Source of the DNA: an uncultured Gemmatimonadales bacterium
GTDB lineage: Bacteria > Gemmatimonadota > Gemmatimonadetes > Palauibacterales > Palauibacteraceae
Assembly: GCA_963807645.1 (NCBI GenBank)
Contig: CAWECO010000005.1
Location: 97,216 to 161,215 of the forward strand
Direction: 5' to 3'
Length of the DNA stretch: 64,000 nucleotides
The number at the start of each line of letters is the position of its first letter. The stretch's first letter is position 1. Below, one piece after another: positions 56,318 to 64,000 of the stretch. The notes beneath the pieces were generated by a model. That model made no database searches and had not been told where the DNA came from. It worked only from the letters and a program-made list of their open reading frames with translations. Both the position numbers and the translations under genes were made by a program.

Positions 56318-59300
56318 ATGTCTTTCGTTCACCTGCACTGCCATAGCGAGTATTCGCTCCTCGACGGAGCCAACCGGATCGACGACCTGATCGGCCAGGC
56401 CGTCTCCATGGGCATGCCCGCGCTCGCCATCACCGATCACGGCAATCTTTACGGGGCCTGGGAGTTCCAGGAGAAGGCCAGGAAGAAGAAGATCAAGCCG
56501 ATCCTCGGCTTCGAGGCCTACGTCGCGTACGGCGATCGACGGCAGAAGGAGAGGCCCAAGGACGCCCCGGCCGAGTACGCACATCTCGTGCTCCTGGCGC
56601 GCGATCTCACGGGCTACCGGAACCTTGTCCGGCTCACATCCCGCGGATACACGGAGGGCTTCTACCGGAAACCCCGACTCGACCACGAGATCCTCGCGGA
56701 GCACAACGAGGGCGTCATCGTCCTCAGCGCGTGTCTCTCGGGCGAAGTGGCGAAGAACCTCCAGTTCGGACGATACGATCGGGCCAAAGAGGCGGCGGAG
56801 TTCTATGCCCGCACGTTTCCCGATCGCTATTACCTCGAGGTTCAGGACCACGGCATCAAGGGCCAGGACGAGGTCAACGCTGGGGTCTTTCAGCTCGCGG
56901 ACGAGCTCGGACTCCCGGTGGTGCTCACCAACGATGCGCACTACCTGCGCCGGGAAGACGCCGACATGCACGACACGCTGCTGTGCATCGGCACCGGGGT
57001 CCTCAAGAGCGATCCGAACCGCCTCTCGTTCGACGGCGAAGAGTCCTACTTCAAGTCGGCCGACGAAATGGCCGAGTTGTTCCCCGATCGCCCCGAATTG
57101 CTGTCACGAACACGTGGACATCGCGGAGACCTGCGGGATCCAGTTCGAAAAGAAGCACCATCTGCCGGGCTTCCCCGTTCCGCCGGAGTTCGCCGACGAC
57201 ATGGCGCACCTCCGTCACCTGACGGAGGAGGGCGCGCGCGAACGCTACGGAGATCCGCTGCCCGACGACGTGCGCGAGCGCCTGGAGTACGAGCTGGGGG
57301 TGATCGCGAAGACGGGCTACGCCGGCTACTTCCTGATCACGTGGGACTTCTGCCGGGCCGCCCGCGAGCTGGACATCCCCGTCGGTCCCGGTCGAGGCTC
57401 GGCGGCCGGCTCGATCGTGGCCTACGCGCTCCGGATCACGGACGTGGACCCGCTCGAGTTCGACCTCCTGTTCGAGCGCTTTCTCAACCCCGAGCGCGTG
57501 TCGATGCCCGACATCGACATCGACTTCTGCTACGAAGGTCGCGGCCGGATCATCGAATACGTGCGCGAGAAGTACGGCGCGGACTCCGTCGGCCAGATCA
57601 TCACGTTCGGGACCATGCAGGCCCGGGCCGCCGTGCGTGATGTCGGACGCGTCCTGGAATTCACACCGGCCGAGCAGGACAAGCTGGCCAAGCTTATCCC
57701 CAATACGCCCGGATTCTCGCTGTCGATCGGCGAGGCGGTGGAGAAGGTCAAGGAACTGAAGGACCTCTACAAGAGCGACCCGCGGGCCCACCAGCTCCTG
57801 GACTACGGCAAGGCCATCGAGGGCCTTTCGCGCCATGCTTCGGTGCACGCGGCCGGCGTCGTGATCGCCCCCGGACCGCTGGACGAGTACGTGCCGGTAT
57901 GCCGGGACACGAAGAACGGCGGCCAGGTCATCACCCAGTACGACATGGTGGCACTCGAGAAGGCCGGGATGCTCAAGATGGATTTCCTCGGCCTCCGCAC
58001 GCTCACCGTGATCCACGACGCCGAGGGAGCCATCCACCGGCGACACGGGGTGGATATCGACTGGGATGAAATCGGACGGGACGATCCCGACGTCTACGCG
58101 ATGCTCGCGACGGGGGGCACCCGCGGCGTGTTCCAGTTCGAGTCCTCGCTCGCCACCGAGAAGCTTCGCGCCATGCGGTGCGACCGGTTCGACGACCTGA
58201 TCGCGGTGAACGCCTTGATTCGTCCGGGGCCCCTGGACTCGGGCATGACGGACGTGTTCATCAAGCGCAAGAGGGGCTTCGAGCCGGTGGAGTATCCAGT
58301 CCCCGAGCTCGCGGAAGTGCTTGATACGACTTACGGCGTGATCACCTACCAGGAGCAGGTGATGCGCGTCGCCAACGTACTGGGCGGATTCTCGCTCGCC
58401 GAAGCCGACGTGCTCCGGAAGGCGGTCGGCAAGAAGGACGCCGCTCTCACCAAGAAGGTCCTGGATGATTTCCAGAAGCGCGCGATCGAGCGAGGGACCC
58501 CGAAGAGGAAGGCCGCCGAGATCGCCGACCTCATCCGGACGTTCGGCCGATACGGATTCAACAAGGCGCATTCGGTAGCCTACGCCATGATCTCGTACCG
58601 CACGGCGTGGCTCCGGAAGCACTACCCGGCCGAGTTCATGGCGGCGCTCCTCAGCTCCATCATCGACAATACGGACAAGGTCGTGCAGTACATCACCACC
58701 GCCCGGGCGATGGAGCTCGAAGTCCTGCCGCCGAGCGTCACGGAATCGCGGTACAAGTTCACGGTCGTGGACGATCGGCGGATTCGGTTCGGCCTGGGGG
58801 CCATCAAGGGGGTCGGAGAGTCGGCCATCCGGTCCATCACGGAGGCTCGTGAGGACCGACCGTTCGAATCGCTGTTCGACTTCTGCCAGCGGATCGACCT
58901 CCGACTCAACAACAAGCGTGTCCTCGAGTGCCTGATCTCGTCGGGGGCGCTGGACGAGTTCGGGGAGCGCGGCGCGATGAAAGCCGGACTCGAGACCGTT
59001 CTCTCCGAGGCGCAGCTCCGGCAACGCGAGCACGACACGGGGCAGGAGTCGCTGTTCGGTTCGGCCGACTCGGTTGAACGCCGGGACCCTCAGTTGCCGA
59101 GGACGGCACCCCTCACCGAGGCCGAGCGACTGAAAGACGAGAAGGCCGTTCTCGGATTCTACATCTCGGGTCACCCGCTGGAGCGCTACCGCGACCTGGT
59201 CGAGATGTTCGCCTTGGAAGCCAATACGGCGACGGTACCCGAATTCAGGGATCGGCGCGTGGAACTCGCGTGCGTGGTGACGTCGATGAACGTCAACGTC

Positions 59301-59774
59301 GGTCGCAGCAGCGGGAAGGAATACTGCAAGCTCATCGTCGAGGACTTCCACGGTACGGCGGCGGCGATGGTCTTCGGCGATGTGTGGCAGGAGACGAAGG
59401 GGCTGTTCGCCGAGGACGCGCCGGTTCTGATCGAGGGCCAGGTGTCCGGAAACTCGCGAGATGAAGAGAATCCCCCCATCTTTGTGGATTCGGTCCAGCT
59501 GCTCAAAGGCGTGGACGCGAGTGGTGGGATCGCCGTGTGCATCGAGCTCCGCGAGGGAGACGAGGCGCACCCGGGCGAGTTCAAGAACGTGCGCGAGGTA
59601 CTGGCATCGGCACCAGGAGACGGGGCCCTCTACCTCAGGTGGCACGCGGAGGGCAACGGGGTCGAGCCTCCGATGCTGGCTTCGAGCTCGCTCAAGGTCG
59701 CGCCGTCTGCGGCACTGCTCGCGGACCTCAGGGCTCTGCTGGGCAGGGAGCGGGTACACCTGATCCGCGGATAG
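56318..59774 (+). CDS. dnaE: DNA polymerase III alpha subunit; 1-nt indel near 57105
   Basis: PHP domain [18 protein letters not shown]. Polymerase core with PDIDIDF motif, fingers, OB fold. Junction at FPDRPEL|[17 protein letters not shown]. Confidence 0.9.
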
Positions 59775-59778
59775 AGGG

Positions 59779-60732
59779 ATGAGCGAAAAGGCGCAGGCAG
59801 GACAGTCGGACATGAAGAAGCACCTCGAGGAGCTCCGCACCCTCGCCCAGGAGCGCGGAATCGACGTCAGCGGCGAGATGCTTGAACTGGAGAGGCGTAT
59901 CGACAACTCCGAGCCGGTCGAACCGACGCGTTACGACCGCGTGCAGCTGGCGCGTCACCAGGAGCGTCCGTTCACGCTGGATTACGTCCGGATGATGTGC
60001 GACGACTTCGTGGAGTTGCACGGTGACCGGAAGTTCCGAGACGATCCAGCCATGGTCGGGGGTTGGGCGACCCTCGACGGGCGATCCGTCATGATCATCG
60101 GTCAGCAGAAGGGCCGTGACATGAAGGAGAACCTGCGCCGGAACTTTGGATCGGCGCATCCCGAGGGCTATCGGAAGGCCGAGCGATTGATGCTGATGGC
60201 CGAGAAGTTCGGCCGCCCGGTGATCACGTTGGTGGACACGCAGGGCGCCTATCCGGGAATCGGTGCGGAAGAGAGAGGCCAGGCCGAGGCCATCGCCCGG
60301 AACCTGTTCGTCATGGCCGGACTCGGCGTGCCGATCATCTCGGCGATCATCGGAGAAGGCGGGAGCGGCGGCGCTCTCGGCATCGCCGTGGCGGACCGCG
60401 TTCTCATGATGGACAACGCCATCTACTCGGTGATTTCCCCGGAAGGCTGCGCAGCCATCCTGTGGCGGAGCCGGGACATGGCCTCCGATGCGGCCGAGGC
60501 ACTCAAACTCACGGCGTCGGACCTGGCCGATTCGGGCATCATCGACGAAGTCGTGGAAGAACCTTCGGGCGGAGCCCACCTGCACCCTGAAGGAGCGGCG
60601 CAGGCGCTGCGCGAGGCTCTGATCCGGCATCTCGCGGAACTCGAAGGGCTGAACGCGGCGCAACTCGTTGAATCGCGCCGGGCGAAGTACTACGCCATGG
60701 GTGCTTTCGAAGAGCCGGGCGCGGATGGCTGA
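59779..60732 (+). CDS. accA: Acetyl-CoA carboxylase carboxyltransferase alpha subunit
   Basis: Motifs: RPFTLDY; [30 protein letters not shown]; GEGGSGGAL. Intact. Alternative start at 59812. Confidence 0.85.
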   Translation: MSEKAQAGQSDMKKHLEELRTLAQERGIDVSGEMLELERRIDNSEPVEPTRYDRVQLARHQERPFTLDYVRMMCDDFVELHGDRKFRDDPAMVGGWATLDGRSVMIIGQQKGRDMKENLRRNFGSAHPEGYRKAERLMLMAEKFGRPVITLVDTQGAYPGIGAEERGQAEAIARNLFVMAGLGVPIISAIIGEGGSGGALGIAVADRVLMMDNAIYSVISPEGCAAILWRSRDMASDAAEALKLTASDLADSGIIDEVVEEPSGGAHLHPEGAAQALREALIRHLAELEGLNAAQLVESRRAKYYAMGAFEEPGADG

Positions 60733-60739
60733 AGAGAGG

Positions 60740-60759
60740 CGTCGGCCAAGCGGCCGACG
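60740..60759 (+). other. GC hairpin just downstream of accA (possible attenuator/terminator)
   Basis: CGTCGGCC-aagc-GGCCGACG, an 8-bp stem, with no U-tract. Confidence 0.3.
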
Positions 60760-60913
60760 CGGGGGCGATCGGGGTCGATCCGCGCCGCGCCCCATATCCG
60801 ACGGACGTAGCGGGGTCAGCCGCCCGGTACCGTCCCACCCCGCTCCACGCCCCATCTCCGAATCCGGATCGACGGGGAGTGGAAGCGGCAGGGTGTTCCA
60901 GATTGCCCAGGTC

Positions 60914-61774
60914 ATGTTCAGGGGCGTTCGCTCCGAGTACTACAGCTACCGGGGCGAGGTCCCGCTCGAAGCCAACGAGTACGTGATCGTGGAGGCCGAT
61001 CGGGGCCAGGACCTGGGTTGGATTCGGCGCGCAGTGGACGGTGAGACGCACAGCTGTGAGGGCGGCTGCGATCACGCGCACCATGGCCCGGTGGTCCCGC
61101 CCGCGCGCAAGGTGCTCCGGCGGGCATCCCCGGCCGACGTCGAGCGCCGGCTCAGGCTGGACGATAGCGAGGCGGAAGTCCGGTCGCGCACGCGGGCTCT
61201 CGTGCAGCGTCATCGCCTGAAGATGAAGGTGAGCGAGGCGGAATGGCAGTGGGATCGCAACAAGCTCACCGTGTACTTCACCGCCGAGAAGCGCGTCGAC
61301 TTCCGGACCCTGGTGAAGGAGATGGCCCGGACGTTCAAGACCCGCATCGAGCTCCGGCAGATCGGCGTCCGTGACGAGGCCAAGCGCCTGGGTGGGATCG
61401 GGCGCTGCGGACGAGAACTGTGTTGCCGGCTGTGGCTTCCGGAGATCGAGCCCGTGACGCTGCAACTCGCCAAGGACCAGGGCCTGTCCCTCAATCCCGC
61501 CCAGATTTCCGGTGCGTGTGGACGCCTGATGTCCTGCCTGCGCTACGAACACGAGCAGTATGTCCAGGCCCGGAAGCGTTTTCCGAAGGTCGGCAAGCGA
61601 CTCGACACGAGCCGGGGCCAGGAAGAGGTCACGGGTTGGGACCTGTTCCGCGAGACCATCTCTTTGCGGGGAAAGGATGGCGAGATGCGGACGGTGGGAC
61701 TGGAGGAGCTCAAGTCCGAGACCGTGACCGTCAGGAAAGGCCGTGGCCGCTCTTCAGTCGAATCATCCGACTGA
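60914..61774 (+). CDS. PSP1-domain protein (RicT/YaaT-like)
   Basis: Start MFRGVRSEYYSYRGE...GDYVIVEADRGQDLG. Conserved block KLTVYFTAEKRVDFRTLVKEMARTFKTRIELRQIG...GRCGRELCCRLWL. The 5' 82 codons of the listed ORF are Arg-rich noise. Confidence 0.6.
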   Translation: MFRGVRSEYYSYRGEVPLEANEYVIVEADRGQDLGWIRRAVDGETHSCEGGCDHAHHGPVVPPARKVLRRASPADVERRLRLDDSEAEVRSRTRALVQRHRLKMKVSEAEWQWDRNKLTVYFTAEKRVDFRTLVKEMARTFKTRIELRQIGVRDEAKRLGGIGRCGRELCCRLWLPEIEPVTLQLAKDQGLSLNPAQISGACGRLMSCLRYEHEQYVQARKRFPKVGKRLDTSRGQEEVTGWDLFRETISLRGKDGEMRTVGLEELKSETVTVRKGRGRSSVESSD

Positions 61775-61810
61775 GCCATCTTCCCCCGCAGCAAGCCGAG
61801 GCATCGCTCT

Positions 61811-63337
61811 GTGTCCCGATACTACCTGACGACAGCCATCGACTATTCCAATGGCGATCCCCATATCGGGCACGCCTACGAAAAGGTGGGCGCCGACGTG
61901 GTCGCCCGGTTCCGTCGGCTGATGGGCGAGGACGTCCACTTCGTCATCGGCATGGACGAGCACGGGCAGAAAGTGGCGCAGGAGGCGGCGGCACAGGGGC
62001 GTACGCCGCAGGCACTGGTTGATGAGCTTGCGGCACGCTTCCAGGATGTCTGGCAGCGCCTGAACATCTCGCACGATGACTTCATACGGACGACCGAGCC
62101 GCGTCACACGCAGGCCGTACAGGCGCTGGTCCGACGGATTCGGGATACCGGGGACCTCTATCGTGACCGCTACGAGGGCTACTACTGCGCCGGATGCGAG
62201 GCATTCAAACGCGAGGCGGAATTGGAGGACGGGCGTTGTCCGATCCACCCCTCGCGCGAGATCGAATGGACGGACGAGGAAAACTGGTTCTTCCGCCTCT
62301 CCGCGTACCGTGATCGGCTGATCGGACACATCGAGGAGCACCCTGAGTTCATCCAGCCGGAGAGCCGACGGAACGAGATCCTCCGTCTCCTGGAGGGCGG
62401 GCTGGAAGACATCTCGGCGTCGCGCTCGCGGGTACCCTGGGGGGTGCCCTTCCCGGATGAGCCGGGTCATACCGTCTACGTTTGGTTTGACGCCCTGCCC
62501 AACTACATCTCGGCGATCGGTTATCCGGCGGATGGCTTCGGAGACCGCTGGCCCGCGGCCCTGCACGTCATCGGAAAGGACATCACGCGATTCCACTGTG
62601 TCATCTGGCCGGCGATGTTGATCTCGGCCGGATTGGAGCTTCCGGAAACGGTTTGGGGACACGGTTTCGTGAAGATCGGAGGCGGGAAGCTCTCGAAATC
62701 GGAAGCGGCCTTGCTTGACCTCGACCAGCTGGTCGAACGAAACGGCGCCGACGCTTTCCGCTACTTCCTGCTGCGCGAGATCCCCTGGGACCGTGACCGG
62801 GACTTCCCCTCCGTGGACGCGTTTCTGCAACAGTTCGACGAGCGCTACAACTCCGATCTCGCGAACGACCTCGGCAACCTGCTCAACCGTACGGTGAGCA
62901 TGTCGCGCAAGTATCGGAACGGAGTGGTCACCCGCTCCGCTGATACCGAGCTCGACGCCCACATCGATTCGGCCCTGGAGGCGTACGGGAAGGCGATGCG
63001 CGAGCACCGGCTGCACGATGGCCTGGACGCGGCCATGTCGATCGTTCGGGCCGCGAACGGTTTCGTCGACTCGGAGCAGCCGTGGAAGCTGGCGAAGGAC
63101 CCGGAGCAGGACGCCCGCCTGGACAACGCGCTGGCGGCGCTGGTGCGCGGCCTGGGAACCACGGCCGTTGTCCTGAGCCCGTTCATTCCGACGAAGGCCG
63201 GCGAGATCTGGAAGCGCCTCGGGGGCGACCAACTGCCCTCGCTGGCTGACCTTACGGGTGAGCTTCCGACCCTCCTTCCGGAGGCCTGGGACACCGTCCT
63301 GTTCCCCCGCATCGAGAAGGAGCGGGACGGCGGTTGA
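61811..63337 (+). CDS. metG: Methionyl-tRNA synthetase (short form)
   Basis: GTG start. Motifs: AIDYSNGDPHIGHAYE (HIGH); CAGCEAF...CPIHPS zinc knuckle; KLSKS (KMSKS). Intact. Confidence 0.9.
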   Translation: MSRYYLTTAIDYSNGDPHIGHAYEKVGADVVARFRRLMGEDVHFVIGMDEHGQKVAQEAAAQGRTPQALVDELAARFQDVWQRLNISHDDFIRTTEPRHTQAVQALVRRIRDTGDLYRDRYEGYYCAGCEAFKREAELEDGRCPIHPSREIEWTDEENWFFRLSAYRDRLIGHIEEHPEFIQPESRRNEILRLLEGGLEDISASRSRVPWGVPFPDEPGHTVYVWFDALPNYISAIGYPADGFGDRWPAALHVIGKDITRFHCVIWPAMLISAGLELPETVWGHGFVKIGGGKLSKSEAALLDLDQLVERNGADAFRYFLLREIPWDRDRDFPSVDAFLQQFDERYNSDLANDLGNLLNRTVSMSRKYRNGVVTRSADTELDAHIDSALEAYGKAMREHRLHDGLDAAMSIVRAANGFVDSEQPWKLAKDPEQDARLDNALAALVRGLGTTAVVLSPFIPTKAGEIWKRLGGDQLPSLADLTGELPTLLPEAWDTVLFPRIEKERDGG

Positions 63338-63584
63338 TCCGCAGCGCTTGACACCCTCTCCCGGCCCTGATTAGTCTCCTCTCGTCCCGCTCGGATCCGT
63401 CCGTTTCATCGGAGCCGAAGCCAAACATCCCCTGCACATGCACTTACGCTTTTTCGGCGTATTGCTGTGCTCTCGTGCATCGAGGCCCGCGTCTTGCGCA
63501 GAGACGGGGGCAGGGGGTATCGAATGGGCGGGATGGGCCGGCGAGACCGGCCGATCTGCAACGGATAGCAGGGTACGGAAAAAT

Positions 63585-64000
63585 ATGTCACACGGATCCA
63601 CCGGCACTGGGCACGACACATCCGCCCATTGGACGGTCCAGATCATGCCCGACGGCGGAGGGCGCATTCGCACGATGCGCGTGTCGCGCCGCGTGGTGCG
63701 GCTGGCGGCACTGGCAGCCGCGGCAGCTGGGCTCGTCACGATCGCCTTCGTCGTCAGCCTCGGATTTGACGGCGCGCGTGAGGCGGAGCTGGTTCGTCTC
63801 CGGCTCGAGAATCGTCATCTGACGGACAACCTCGGCAGGGTCGAAGATCAGGTCGGTACGCTCGCCAGCACGGTCGACGAGCTTTCCGAGCAGGAGCAGA
63901 AGTTCAGGCTCCTGGCCGGGCTTCCAGACCTCGACGACGACATCCGGGCCGTGGGAGTCGGTGGCCCACTTCCCGAGGCCGCCGAGCGAGAGGAGTTCCT
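63585..64000 (+). CDS. M23/EnvC-like peptidoglycan endopeptidase family protein, N-terminal part (runs off window end)
   Basis: MSHGSTG...; TM/signal anchor RVVRLAALAAAAAGLVTIAFVVSL; coiled-coil ELVRLRLENRHLTDNLGRVEDQVGTLASTVDELSEQEQKFR. No stop before the window end. Confidence 0.45.
   Translation, partial: MSHGSTGTGHDTSAHWTVQIMPDGGGRIRTMRVSRRVVRLAALAAAAAGLVTIAFVVSLGFDGAREAELVRLRLENRHLTDNLGRVEDQVGTLASTVDELSEQEQKFRLLAGLPDLDDDIRAVGVGGPLPEAAEREEF

Noticed and set aside
63338-63584. TTGACA at 63347 as the promoter of the M23-like gene, and a possible small RNA in this 247-nt spacer
   Set aside because: There is no acceptable -10 at 16-18 nt spacing, and no convincing structure or conservation is visible by eye. 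Left uncalled.

Overview
High-GC (~68%) bacterial chromosomal window, gene content consistent with Gemmatimonadota/Acidobacteria-like lineage (ADOP permease, DUF4837-like lipoprotein, TolB-N/TPR protein, many lipoproteins and OM barrels). I recognise about 50 protein genes, one tRNA-Ile(GAU) and several intrinsic terminators. Main blocks are as follows. (1) Left end: frameshifted gdhA, a PAP2 phosphatase overlapping a large Omp85-family OMP, and a TPR lipoprotein. (2) A frameshifted Na+/alanine symporter, then an OM-barrel / neutral-ceramidase / polytopic Ser/Thr-kinase operon. (3) A complete cbb3-type cytochrome oxidase locus on the minus strand (ccoN-O-Q-P-G-[36-aa ORF]-I-S). It is divergent from a membrane protein with an HCxxMCG motif and a His/Met-rich tail, plus a SixA-like secreted phosphatase. 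(4) A run of secreted hydrolases: ASST-like lipoprotein, CocE/NonD S15 hydrolase, M3 dipeptidyl-carboxypeptidase. (5) acs, thiC, ADOP permease, katG, kefB-like antiporter. (6) tRNA-Ile, a tiny acidic Trp-Asp repeat protein, typA, dnaE, accA, PSP1/RicT, metG, and a partial M23 peptidase. Roughly 35 +/-1 frame breaks interrupt otherwise conserved genes (up to 4 per gene), while neighbouring long genes are intact. I read this as either an unpolished indel-rich assembly or extensive pseudogenisation. No CRISPR array, rRNA, transposase or integrase was seen. All calls come from by-eye motif recognition on the supplied ORF track; no database searches were run.
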